Assembly: GCA_965112735.1 (NCBI GenBank)
Contig: OZ218957.1
Coordinates: 2,852,001 to 2,916,000, forward strand
Origin: Phaeosaccion multiseriatum
Taxonomy: Eukaryota > Protista > Ochrophyta, other classes
Length of the DNA stretch: 64,000 nt
Direction of reading: 5' to 3'
Made by a program: the position numbers and the translations under genes. Shown one piece after another: positions 49,791 to 62,621 of this stretch. Numbering within the stretch: the first letter of the stretch is position 1; each line of letters begins with the position of its first letter. Below the pieces are notes generated by a model. That model saw nothing but the letters and a program-made list of their open reading frames with translations, did no database searches and was not told the DNA's origin.

Positions 49791-52700
49791 ATGTCGTACC
49801 AGGACGACATGTTGAGCGGGGCAAACGCTCCCGCAGAGTCCCCCTTGGCCCCAGCCATCCTTCGAGGCCTTGGGGACAGGTCCTATGACAAGAGGAAGAA
49901 CGCCGCGCTGGAGGTGGAGACACTCATCAAGTGAGTGAGGGGAGGAGAGGGGAGGAGAGGGGAGGGGAGGGTGGGAGTGAGGCAAAGGGGGGGGGGAGGG
50001 GAGGCAGGGGGGAGGGGAGGGGAGGGGAGGGGAAGGGAGGGAGAGAGGAAGGCGAGAACCCTTGTCAGCACCCTCTTACAGCTTGCATATACCACGTGCT
50101 TGCATGCACCATATACATACGAAAGGGCGAGAGGTGGAGCAGGCCCTGTGGGCTGTGGGGGGGCGAATCATGATTGTCACACTCCCCTGCCGCACTGTAC
50201 GGTGGATCGTCGCTGACGCCTCTCTCTCTCTCTCTCTGACTGTGTGATGAACTACTTCTGCATCTTCTCTGTGCTTGCGTGCCAACTGTGACTGCCCTGC
50301 CATCTACTGCCATTGCCCTCTCCGCCTCAGAGCCACACACGCCTCTGGGGACACAGATCGGATATGCTCCATCATCGCCCTCCTGGGGCAAGTAAGTCAA
50401 CGGAAGCTCCCCCCTCTGCCCTCCTTTACGGCGCATCTACGCCCAACACTAGTTGTGCCTATTTCATACACACACACGCACGCACAACACAGCACACACA
50501 CACACATACACGCAACACGAAGACAGCATGCGCTCTACGGACCCACCCATCCCCTCCCTCCCCCCCCTCCTCCCTCCTTCCTTCCTTCCTCCCTTCCTCC
50601 CTCCCTCTCTCCCTCCCTCCTTCCCTCCTTCCTTCCTTCCTTCCTTGCTCCCTCCCTCTTACCCTCCCTCCCTCCCTCCCTCCCTCCCTCCCTTCATCTT
50701 TCCTCCTTCATTCCCTCCCCCCCTCCTTCCCTCCTTCCTCCCTCCCTCCCTCCCTCCTTCCTTCCTTCCTTCCTTCCTCCCTCCCTCTTACCCTCCCCCC
50801 CTCCTTCCCTCCCTCCCCCCCTCCTTCCTGCCTCCCCATTTCCTTCCCTCCCTCTCCCCTCAGGACTTTGCTACTTCTACCAACGCCAATCACCGCAAGG
50901 GCGGGCTCATCGGACTTGCAGCCACCGCCATCGGACTGATGGGGCACGCCAGGTGGGGACATAAGTCAGTGATTAGTACCTGGTGTCATGGAGAGAGGGA
51001 GGGAGGGAGGGGGGATGAAAACACAGACTACTCGTTGAACGGCTATCACTGAACTTACGATTACTTACTGACTTACTGTGTATATATACACCACGTCACA
51101 GGCTCTATCTCGACGCGCTGCTGCCGCCCGTGCTTCACTGCCTTGACGACCCGGAGTCCAGGGTTAGGTACTACGCATGCGAGTAAGTCAGTGGGCGGGT
51201 GTCTGGACAGAGGGAGGGTGTCAGGACAGGGTTAGGTACTTTCCATGCGAGTATGTCAATTGGGTGGGTGTTAGGACAAGAGGGAGGGTAGGGCTAGGTA
51301 ATAAGCATGCAAGTAAGTCAGTGAAGGAGATTGGAGGCAGGCCTACCTCCCCTCCCTCATACGGTCTCTTATCCTCAAGCAACCGTGCTCCCAACTCCTC
51401 ACTCCTCCCTCCCTTCCTCCCTCCTCTGTATCACCAACACCCACAGGAGCATGTACAACGTCGCCAAGGTGGCTCGTGGCGACATCCTGCTCTATTTTAA
51501 CCAGGCAAGGATATGATTGTCGTACCTGTCCTCGGATGGGGCGACATTGCGTATCGATATTGCGGATCGATATAGTGCAAATCGATATTGCGGATGATGA
51601 ATATTGCGAGTCGATATCGCGTATCGATTTTCCGGATCAAAGAGCGGGGTCGATGTCGCGGGTCGATGTATGTTGGTTGAGGTCCAAGCAAGTGAAGTGA
51701 AGTGAAGTGAAGTGAGGTGCTCTACTCTGAGCACATCTTCAACGTGAAAGTCCCATGAACTGAACTGAAGCTCTGCTCTGCGCTAATGCTCTTAACTGCT
51801 CTACACTAGTGCTCTACTCTTGACTGCTGTATTCTAACTGAACTGAACTGCTCTGATTCTGCGCTACTACCTGCGAGCAGATCTTCGACGGGCTGTGCAA
51901 GCTCTTCTCTGACGTGGACGTGGACGTGAAGAACGGCTCGAACCTCTTGGACAGGCTCATTAAGGACATCGTCACAGAGGTAAGCCTTTCTCTCTGTCCC
52001 TCTCTCCGTGTGTGTAAACCCCTCTCTACCCCCCCCCCACCTCATCTAGTATCTAGTATCTTCCAAAAATTCTAAACCGCTTCTCTCTTGTTTATGTCTC
52101 GAAATCTCTTGTCGATATGTCTCGAAATCTCTTTGTCGATGTGTCTATAAACCTCTCTTGTTTACGTGTTATATATAGAGCGAGAGCTTTGACGTGGAGC
52201 GCTTCATCCCGCTGCTGCAAAAGTACATCCGAAGAACCAACCCGTACATCAGGTGAGGGCGTGCACTTGAAGGGGGGGGTGTCGTTTTTGGAGACAATAA
52301 AGGCAGGAGAGCCACCTACCCACCCACCCATTCACTTCCCCTCCACAGGCAGCTGCTGGTGGGGTGGATTACGGTGTTAGACAGCGTGCCGGGTATCAAC
52401 ATGATCGATTGGTTGCCGGACTTCCTGGATGGGCTGTTCAACATGCTGAGCGACGGCAATAGGGAGATTAGGCAGGCAGCAGACAGGTAAGAGAGAGAGA
52501 TGGCAGTGGATGGTGTGGATGGCAGTGGATGGGGGTATGTGTCTTTATGTTATACGCTCCCTCCCCTGCCCTCCCTCTGCTTGCTTGCCGGCTTGCTCAT
52601 CACCCGGCCATCGGCAATCCCTCCCCATCCCTCTTCTCTTCCCTTCTCTTTTCTACTGATGCCACTACGCAATCCATCGCATGTCACTTTTCGCTCTATT

Positions 52701-54327
52701 GAACGTGCCGCACAAAAGTGTATTGGCGGAGTTCCTGCGTGAGATGAAGGGATCTTCCTTCGTGGAGTACGGCCCGATGGTCAACATCGTGGCAGGGCAG
52801 TGCAATAGCAAGGAGAGGTTTAGCAGGCTCACGGCCATAACGTGGGTACACGAGTTCATTAACTTAGGAGGGGACAGGTGAGCGAGAGAGATATGAGAGA
52901 GAGCGGGAGGGGAGGGGAGGGAGGGAGGAAGGTGTGCCTGGGAAGAGGGAGGGCACCCATTCCCCCCCGCACTACTCACCTTCACGTCAACTCACTCATT
53001 GACTCATTCACTCCTCACTCACCCCCCTACCCATCAACCTACCCGTCCCCTCACTCAACCCTCCCGCCCCCGTATCTCCGTGTGTGCGTGCGTGCGTGTG
53101 CGTCTGCGTGTGTGTGCGTGTGTGTGTGTGATTTGCGTGCGTGTGTGTGCGTGTGTGTGCGTGCGTGCGTGGTACTTAGGCTGCTGCTGTTTTACTCGGA
53201 GCTGTTGAGTGCCGTCATGCACTGTATCAGTGACAGCGACACGGAGATACGAGCAATGGCACAGCAAACCAACGTCGGTGGGTGTGGGTGGAAGGCAGTG
53301 GATGGCAGTGGATGGCAGTGGATGGCAGCGGATGGCAGTGGGGCACGGAGCCCTCACTCTCGCTTTCTCCCTCCCTTCCTCCCTCCATCCCTGTGTCCTC
53401 TCTTTCTCCTTCCTCCCTCCCCTCTCCCCGTTCTCCCTCTCTCTTGTTCTCTCTCTCACTCCCTTCTTCCCGCCCTCCCTCTCTCTCTGTCATCTCCCCC
53501 TCCCTCTACCTCTCGCCCTTTTTGTCCTGAGACCTACTGCAGCTGTTGACTTTCACTACGTTCACTACAAAGTACTCCACTCCTCTCTGTCTTGATACTT
53601 CCTGCCCATCCACTGCCATCCCCTGTCTTGGCACCCTCTCTCCTGACACCCCCTGCCCATCCTCTGCCGTCCCCACACCTCCCTTCCATCCTCACAGAGC
53701 TGCTAGAGCTGGTGACGTCGACTGCAAAGGACTTCCTCCTGTCCCCCCTGCTCAAGACGCTGACCATCGAGCTGCTCTCTCACCACGTGTCTACACGGAT
53801 GGCGGCGTTGCGCTGGCTTAACATGCTTCTAGAAAAGGTCAGCTTGCAGTATCAGTTTGCACGATCAACTTGCAGTATCAGTTTGCAGGATCAGCTGGCA
53901 GGAATATATTTGGTGGTCCTATTCATCTGCTCCCTTTCGTCCGTGTCCGCTCGCGTCCCCTCCCTCCTTACTTTGTTGCACTTCATCTTTCGTCGTATCC
54001 CCTCGGGCCAATTCCCTTGGGGAACAACAGCTGCCGTCGGACATGGGGGCCTTTATGGAGGAGCTCCTCCCTCCCCTGCTCAAGACGCTCTCCGACGACG
54101 CCGACGAGGTGGTGCTCATGAACCTGCAGGTCAGTACAGTACAGGAAGTCAGAAGTCAATGGGTCAGTACAACAAGTCAATTGGTCAGTACAGTACAAGA
54201 AGTCAGTGGGTCAGTACAATAAGGCAATGGGGGAAAGGCTAGGAAGGTCAATGGGTGGGGCAGAGGTAATAGTCGTGTAAATGTGTGTGTGTGTTTGTGC
54301 GTATTTATGGAGTGAGTAGGTGGCTGG

Positions 54328-54374
<47 letters not shown>

Positions 54375-55774
54375 GCCATGTGGTGCGCGTGTGTACTTTG
54401 TGTAAGTCTGTGCATGTGTGGGTGCGCATGCGTGCTTCTCTCTCTCCCTCACAGACGCACACACACTCTATGCCTTCATACTCCTCCTCACCCCCCCCCT
54501 CCTCCTCCTCCTCCTCCTTCTCCTCACTCCCCCTCCTCCTCCCCACCCCCCTCCCCCCGTTCCTCCTCCTCCTCCTCCTCCTCCTCCTCCTCCTCCTCCT
54601 CCTCCTCCTCCTCCTCCCTTTCCTCCTCCCCCCCCCCCTCAGGTGCTAGCACGTATCTCCCTCGACGAGACGGAGTTCCAACGCGTGCTCAACGCCATCC
54701 TCCAACTCTTCGCCTCCGACCCCCGCCTGCTCGAGACGAGGGGCTCTCTCATCGTCCGAAGGCTCTGCGTGTTGCTACAGGGAAGGCGCATCTTCATCAC
54801 CCTCGCCAATGTGCTCAGGGCCAAGAGTGACTTGCACTTCATCTTCATAATGGTACAGGTAAGTGGAGGGAGGGGGAGAAGAGGTGGATGGGTGAGTGGG
54901 GGGGAGGGGGAGGGGGGCTGCGTGCATGCACGTGAGGTAGGTCCTGACGCCTGAAACCCCAGCGCTGAGCCGTCAGATTATCTTCGCTCTGATGTGTGTT
55001 GACATCTTCCACTCTCTCCACCCTCTCCACCCTCTGTCTGATGCACACACACACACACACGCACGCACGCACGCCCTACCCTCTGTCCTCACACCATCTC
55101 CCCTGTCCTGACACCCCCTTTCCCTAGGCGCTGAACCTGATTCTCCTCACGGCGTCTGAGCTGGAAGAGCTGAGAGATGCATTGCGACGCTCCTTCACTG
55201 ACAGCGCCACTGCTGAGGATAGGGCCGTGTTCAACACGCTCTTCCCGTGTTGGTGCCACAACCCGGTCTCCACCTTCAGCCTCTGTCTGTTGGCCCAGGT
55301 GAGGAGGGGAGGGGAGGGGGAAGGGAAGGGAGGGAGGGAGCGAGGGAGAGTGGGGACAAGGTATGCCATACTTCTCCTCCTGCCCTGCCCTCCCCTCCAC
55401 ACCCTACCTCTCCCCTGCCCTACACTTGCTACCCGGCATTCACTCAATCTTCACTCACTCACTAACTTCTCTATTCCCTCCCTCACTTGTTAACTCCCCT
55501 CGCTCTCCTTATTCCCTTACGTATTCCTTACGTTCCGCTGCGTAAGGCCTACGACCTCAGCTCAGAGCTGATCCAGGAGTTCGGAGCGGTGGAGGTCACC
55601 GTAGCCTTCCTCATGCAGGTGTGTTTAGGAGTGTTTCGTGAGTTTCAGTTTACTCGAGTTTGTGTTGCAGCTTATCAGACCTAAACCCAAAAGTCGTGCG
55701 TGTCCCTAGGACCAGTATCGATTGATTACTTTTCTCCTCCTCCTTACTCCTCCTTCTCCTCCTCCTCCCCTCCC

Positions 55775-55805
<31 letters not shown>

Positions 55806-56633
55806 TCCCATTCACTCCCACCCCCCTCCCTGCAGGTGGACAAGTTGGTGCAGTTGCTGGAGAGCCCCATATTCCTCCGTCTGCGCCTCCAGCTCCTGGA
55901 TGTCGGAGCGCCCTGCTATCCGGTAGGTGTCTGGCAAGACTACGATGACACACACACACACGTATCTCTCTCTGCCTGCTGTTGCTTTTCCTCTCTCTCT
56001 GTCCCTGCCCATCCTTCCCTCTCCGCCTCTCTCTGTTTCTGTCTCTCCCCACCCGCCTCCATCTCGCTCCGTGTTTCGTACCCCTTTCGTCATCTCCTTT
56101 CTCACGAACGGCCGCTCCCCCTCCCCCTCCCTCCCGCCCTCCCCTTCTTCTCTCCCTTCCCTCCCGCCTCCCCCTTCTCCCTCCCTCTCCCCCTCCGTCC
56201 CGCCCTCTGCTTCTCCCTCCCTCCCCTCCCGTCCCCCAGGCGCTCATCAAGTCTCTGTACGGCCTCCTCATGCTCCTCCCCCAGAGCAGTGCATTCAGCA
56301 CGCTACACACTCGCCTCGACACCGCCTGCTCCCTCCGGCAGAACCTCGCGTCCTCCTCCGCCCCTGCCCCTCTACCCACCTTAACAGCAGCAGCAGCAGC
56401 AGCAGTAGCAGAAGCCTCGACTAGCACGGGCAAGAAAGCCTCCTCCTCCTCCTCATCATCATCATCATTACCAGCACCATCGTCCCCCTCATCGGCTGCT
56501 CACGCGAGGTTTGTAACTGAAAGTCTGTTCAGTTTCATATCCCATCTTCCTTCTTTCGTTCTTTCTTTCTGAGGGGAGAGGGGAGCGGAATGAAAAGTGC
56601 ACTCAACCCTCCATGCCACCCACTGATGATAAC

Positions 56634-56668
<35 letters not shown>

Positions 56669-56924
56669 GGAGGAGGAGGAGGAGCAGGAGGAGGATGACA
56701 ACGCACCGCCCTTCGCTTCTTTACCGTCCAACCCCCTGTTGCCTCTCCCTCCTCTCCCTCTGCTCCTTTTTCTGTGGCCTTTCCGATGCAGTGCGGCACG
56801 GCGGAAGGAGCTGCTGTCGAGCTTCAAGTCCGCGCAGGAGAGGCATATGGGCATGCGCAGAGAGAGGGTCAACAGAAAGAGCCTACAGGCCGCCCCGGCA
56901 GACTCCAGCAGCGGAGAGAAGTAG
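49791..56924 (+). CDS. VAC14: VAC14 (PIKfyve/Fab1 complex scaffold)
   Basis: Multi-exon. [116 protein letters not shown] and [14 protein letters not shown]. Confidence 0.96.
51548..51670. repeat. Degenerate 13-bp minisatellite (TGCGGATCGATAT) in VAC14 GC-AG intron
   Basis: About 9 imperfect units. Confidence 0.75.
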
Positions 56925-57500
56925 AGTCTTGAGTCACACTTTTAAAATAATTTTTTTAATTTTAAAATCTAAAATTAAAATAAATGGAGATGAGAGAGGG
57001 AGAGAGAGGGAGCCTTTCTCTTTGAGGTTTGGATGGGGGCCTTCTCTCTCTTTCTTGCAGCCTCTCTGTCCCAAATATCTTGATGTTCCCTCCTGACTTC
57101 GAACCGGCCTTGACCCACTTCTTGGCAACAGGGAGGGGGGGGGAGTGGGAGGGACTCAGCTCGGAGAGCCTCGGAAGGTATAGACTGACTTGACTGCACC
57201 TTTAACTAAAGCGAGCTGCACTGGAGTAGGTGGGTGGTTGATCCATCGTTCCCTTTTCTATCTCTCGGCCGTGCTTTTGGGTCGGCTCAAACCGCTCCCC
57301 TGAGGTCAGTCTTGGCAGTTGCAGGGGTGCCCGGTTGCGTGCACCCACCCCCCTCATTGCTTGAGCCGTATGTTGTGAATGTAATAAGCAATAGATTCCA
57401 GTTTCGAGGATTGAGGAGTTGGTGGTATAGAACTCACAGCTGCATTTGCGACCATCATAGCCACCTCACACCTCCCTTTTAATTTGGCCGTGGAGCGAGA

Positions 57501-59434
57501 ATGGGGAAGGGCAGCGGCGATACGGCTGCTGGTATGGATGCCCAGGAGGCGCAGCAGCAGCAGGAGGAGCTTTTGCAGCGCTTCCTGGCTCCAGTTGAGG
57601 TGGCGAATGGAGGCCAGGGCGGAGAGCAGGGGGGGGGGAAAGGAGGGGAAGACGCGAAAGAGAGAGGGGGCGGCGGAGGGGGAACTGGCCTGAAGATGGT
57701 CTTACTGTTTTGCTTGCTGGACACGATGGTGATCAGCGTACAACTGCCGGCTCTACCACAAATATTCAAGTAAGTGTCAGCTTGTGAAATTTTTTTTGCT
57801 TTCTAAAGTGAGCGCACGCAAAGCTTCCCGTCCCTCGCCCCTCAACCTCCACAATCTCCACCCCGCCCTCCTACTTGTTCTTCCTTTTACTCACTCAACT
57901 CAGACTCCATGGCATGGACCTCGCCGAGCAGGGTTGGACGGGTTCTGCCTACAGCGTGCTTAACTTCCTCGTCGTCCCCTTCTTGTGCCGCATAAGCGAC
58001 AGGAGGGGCAGAGTGGGGCTCCTCAAGCTGTCCACTATTGGTGGCTTGCTGGGCTCTGTGGCACAAGTGGCCTTTACCGGCAGTAGCATGAGCAGCGGGA
58101 TGGCCAAGTGTCTCTTTGTCGCGGGGAGGGTCCTTCCGGCCTGTCTCAAGAGCTCTGTCCCGGTCGCCCAGGCCTATGTGATTGACGTGAGCTCCGAGGA
58201 CCAGAGCATACGCAGTAAGAACCTCGGTATCTTGGGAGCAAGCTTCGGGGCCGCCTTTGTGTTTGGGCCTCTCTTGGGAGGCTACTGCGCGGGCCGAGAC
58301 CCAATGTGGGCCATCTGGCTCAGCGGCTTGATTTCGCTTCTCAGCTTCGTCGTGCTGCTCTTTGTGAAGGAGCCTCGTCCGTCGACCGCCGCCCCAAAGA
58401 GTGATGCTGGTGCCTCTGGTGCTGGTGTAGCTACTACTGCTGCTGGTGGTGGTGCTGCTGCTCGTACTTCCACGAATCTAGAGAGTCTCGAGGAGGAGAG
58501 GGTTGAAGATTCAGCCAGAGGAGGGGCAGCGGGCACAACATCATCATCATCAACAACAACAACAACAGCAGCAGCAGCAGCAGCAGCAGCAGGAGGAGCA
58601 GCAGCAGGGGCTCCTTCAGCGTGGAAGGTGCTGACGGGGGCGACGGGCCCGACCCTCTGCTTCCACCTGCACAACCGTTTCGCCCTATACACGGCCCAGC
58701 ACATGTACCACACGCTCTTTGTGCCCATTCTCAACAATCAGGTCGGCGTCACTGGAGCCGATGTAGGAGTGCTTCTTGCTATCATGGGGCTCGTGGCCGT
58801 CTTTGGTCAGGGCTTACTCATCCCCTCTCTGACCAAGCGAATGTCTATCAAGAAGGTGCAGGTGCTCTCCCTTGTGGCGATGATGATGGGTTACGCTGCC
58901 TGGGGCGGGGTGAGCACTTACTCCGCTGCTCTACAGGTGGCGACTGTGTTGACGCTCGCAGGCGGCGTGTATCTCAACACCAGCAAGAGCTCTATTTCCG
59001 CCACGGCACCGACCGACGCCATGGGCATGGTAATGGGGTTGTCAGGTTCGCTGGACACCATCAGCAACGCCATGGCAGGGCCATTGGCAGGGGCCTTGTT
59101 TGAAGCCAAGGGGGCGGCGGTTACGCTCTGTGTGTGCGCGTGTTTAGCGGGGTATGCTGCGGCGGCCATTGTGCTGTCGAGCCTTGGCTTCACCGCTAAG
59201 AGTAGCAGCTCCAGCTCCAGCTCCAGTGGCAGTAGTGGGACCCCCAAGGCCAAGGATAGGGGAAGTAAGCGGGACGGACACAGCAGCGAAGCCTACCAAA
59301 CCCCAGGCGGCAGCGGCGGCAGCAGCAGCAGCAGCAACGGGCCTAGCAGTAGCAGCGGGCCGAGCAGTGGAGGACTGCTGAGGAGGAATCGCAGCGGCAG
59401 TAGCTCGAAGTACGATGCGAAGAAGACGGGGTAG
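57501..59434 (+). CDS. MFS transporter, DHA1/TetA-like
   Basis: Exons 57501-57769 and 57904-59434. Motif A ISDRRGR, antiporter motif GASFGAAFVFGPLLGG and about 12 hydrophobic helices. Confidence 0.9.
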
Positions 59435-59684
59435 ATGATGGAATGATTGTTCGGCCCTGCCCTTGCTCTTGCTCTGGATAGTTAGTTCAGTTTGCCGTGG
59501 GCTTGAACCTCTTTTGGGCGGCGCCAGGCTGGCACAGAAGCAATCGACATTGGCCTTCGGATCGATACTTCGGACCAATAGAAGAGCTCCCCTGGTTGCA
59601 ACGGCCAAGCCTCCTATTGTTGTGGCCAATATAATTGAAAACTGAACTGAATCTTAGTCTGTGGAGCAGCCGGACAGAGACTGA

Positions 59685-59745
<61 letters not shown>

Positions 59746-60378
59746 CGTCCTTTTGCACCCCCCCCCCACTGTCTACCCATCTTCGATCACGAGTGGACTG
59801 CCTGTGTGTCTGCCTGTCTGGTCTCAATGGCCAGGGGGGGGGGGGGGCTTATCACGGCTGGCGGTGAGTGATGTGGCCCTCCTCCTACATGGGGCAGTGA
59901 GTGAGCAGCAAGTGAGCTTGGTTGGGTTGGCCCAATCCATCCTCCTTTGCAGCAGTCGCATACTCTGTGCTGTGTACCACCAACTGATTACCCTTCTCTT
60001 TAGCAAATACAATTTGCTGCACATGTATCCACAGATGTTGCAGCAGCGGCAGGGGCGACCGTTTCGTTTGTGTGGCTTAACACTCCCCTTCCATCTTATC
60101 TCCTGTCTCGCTCCACTCCAAGAAACGCCACAGTCCATTCCTCCTTCCACACTCCACGCTTCATCTCCTCTCCTCCATCAGTCGGCTCCAAAGGAAGGCC
60201 AACGGAAGCAACGCCACACACTCGAACCTTCTCCTGATTGAAACTCGCACAATGCCTGCGCCATACTCGAGTGTCGATTCGAATTGTTGGACGATGACGG
60301 TACATGAGAACCGGCGAAGGATAGGCCTATCCTAAGTGGGTATGCGGCTATGTGGCTGCATCATCATCATCATCAACA

Positions 60379-61410
60379 TCAGTCCGAAGGAAGCTTCGTT
60401 GACGTGCTGCCTTTCTCGTCGTGATCGCCGCCAGAATCGATCCGTCCTTTGGTAGCATCTTTCCACGGCAGCTTCGCAATCACTCCATCCAAGTCCATCT
60501 GCGTTCCCGCCAACACCGTCCCAACGCTGCCCGCTGCAAGTAACACGCTCCGCCCCGTGGCCATCAGCGTCTTCGCCACGTCAAACGGGTTCTTGCCAGC
60601 TCCGAAGGCGCTCATGACTCCCACAAGAAAGTTTTGCGTACACAGAACGTTCTGGAGCTCCACGACCTTGTAGTGAGAGGCCTCCACGAACAGGTCTCGT
60701 AAGACGCTCAGGTCTTTGGGGAGCTGCACGTGCACTTCATGATCCGCCATTGGGGATGCGATTCTCTTCTGTACCACTCTCCTTGCGGCTTTTCCAAACC
60801 GATTCGAGTAGGAGAGCCCATCCACTTGCAGGAGAAAGAGGAGGAGGGGAGAGGAGCTTGCACATGAATGCATACCAATCCCAATAGTGCGAAAAAAAAA
60901 ACTCCCTCTATGCATATTCCAGTGCGCGTGTGCTCACACATACCTCTTCCTCCCCCCCAACGACGCCCCTCCATCCCAACCCACACCTCTTTCCCTCGCC
61001 CCCATCCTCATCCTTTCCCTCACCCCACACGTCCTCACCCCCACCCTCTCACCTTTGTTCCGTAAGTGCTGCAAGATGATGCCGAAGTGAGTGGGGTCGC
61101 GATCGATGAAGACGGCAGAGTCGCCATGCGTGAGTTCCTGATTTGCTTCCGCCCGAGCCACGTAGTCGGCCAAGACGTAATTGGCCGCCACTGTCGAGCG
61201 TAGGGTCACAAACTCCTTCCCGCCCACATTGAGCCGGATCACAGCGTCGCCCGCCCCATGCGTCACTGAGGGGAAGCCTGGCAGAGCCTCCGGTGGCACA
61301 TCAGCGTCGATTTTCCCCTCCACTGAAGCGTTCGATGCACTGCGATGTTGCTGCGCTAATCTACGAAGAAGAAAGCTCCGGGGAGGGCACAGCGCCTTTA
61401 TACGAAGCAT
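60379..61410 (-). CDS. BTB/POZ (KCTD/T1-type) domain protein with mitochondrial-type presequence
   Basis: Exons 61410-61053 and ~60825-60379. IRLNVGGKEFVTLRST, FIDRDPTHFGIILQHLR and LFVEASHY. N-terminus MLRIKALCPPRSFLLRRLAQQHRSAS. Confidence 0.85.
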
Positions 61411-61540
61411 CGCTCCCACTAAAAGAAGCGACGCCCGGATTTTTTTTCGCTGACATACTGTACTGCGATTTCGCGGTTCATTCAATTTGTGGGAATTTGT
61501 GGAATTTTCCAGTCACTTTTTTTTTTTTTTTTTTTTTTGT

Positions 61541-61802
61541 CTTTGACGCCACTGATTTGACAATATTTGACTGCGTTTGAACCGCTTTTTGACCCCCTTG
61601 GACCCACTGTTTGACCCCCTGTTTGACCCACTTTGACGCACTTTGACCCCCTTTAATCTTAATTCGCTTTTACTTCACGGAGTCAGATGAAATAAATTTG
61701 GTCAAAGTCAGACCAAGGGTGATCAAAATGCGTCAAAGTGGGTCAAACAGGGGTTCAAAAGGGGTTCAAACGCAGTCAAACGTGGTCAAAGTCAGAGTCA
61801 AG
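61541..61802. repeat. Fold-back element built of TTTGAC(C)/(G)GTCAAA units
   Basis: Perfect IRs 61616-61640/61729-61753 (25 bp) and 61566-61583/61763-61780 (18 bp). Flanked by poly-T on the left and (TA)n on the right. Confidence 0.8.
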
Positions 61803-61839
61803 TGGGGGGAGGTGTAAAAGTGCCACTCAACCCATATAT

Positions 61840-61874
<35 letters not shown>

Positions 61875-61893
61875 GAATTGGCGGTTGTTAATT

Positions 61894-62560
61894 TTAAATA
61901 AAGGAGTGAACGGACATGCACCAGCGCAGAGATCGATATCCAGTGTCGACAAAAAAATGAAACCGAACATCAATGTGCTTCATCCTCCGCGTCGATGCAT
62001 TGCTCTCCGCCAGCTTGATGCACCCCATGTTGTCCTCCTGCCCCCCCTTCACCTTCACCTGCCTATTACTAGCATATAATATCTCCAAAAAAGTTTCACG
62101 ACACATTACCTGCCTACTACTCAATACCTGCCCACTACGAGTATACTTCGAAGTATAATATAGATGCAGTCGCCCTAAGTGATGGGCGCACCCCCGTACA
62201 TCAAAGTGTAACCAGTCGAACTCCTGCGAGTGCCAACACATGCAGCGTAATCGCGTCTGCATAAGCTTCCAAAACACAGTCGCCAAGTCAACATGCACAC
62301 TACCTTTCAGGTACCCAAACACACCCATAGCCTGCTTCCAATGCCCGGGGCCGAGGTTCTTCATGTACCGCATCCGAGATTACATCGGGGCTGGAGCCCA
62401 CTCATGCCCTCTTCGCACCTCTTCGACAAAGGCACGCGAGCCGACCCTTCCATCCACTCGCCTTCATCCCATCGAGTCGGTAGGTAGGGCAAGCGTCTTC
62501 CATCGCCCCGCTTCAAAAATGGAAGCGACGTAATATACAAAAGTCATCATAACGTCCCTT
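61894..62560 (-). mobile_element. Degenerate Ty1/copia RT-RNase H relic
   Basis: RYMKNLGPGHWKQAMGVFGYLKGS and EDNMGCIKLAE...RMKHIDVRFHF match copia RT C-terminal and RNase H motifs. Frameshifted, and no LTR was seen. Confidence 0.85.
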
Positions 62561-62621
62561 TTGAAGCCGCCGCTTATCTCGCCCCCTCCAGCGCCTTGGC
62601 AACCCTCTTGGCTACAACCAC

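Noticed and set aside
56940-56985. AT-rich hairpin after the VAC14 stop
   Set aside because: Low-complexity A/T sequence in a eukaryotic 3' UTR; pairing is expected by chance
59824-60305. C2H2 zinc-finger-like CNICGYMCSKLYLLKRR
   Set aside because: The His ligands are missing, there is only one unit, and no gene model supports it
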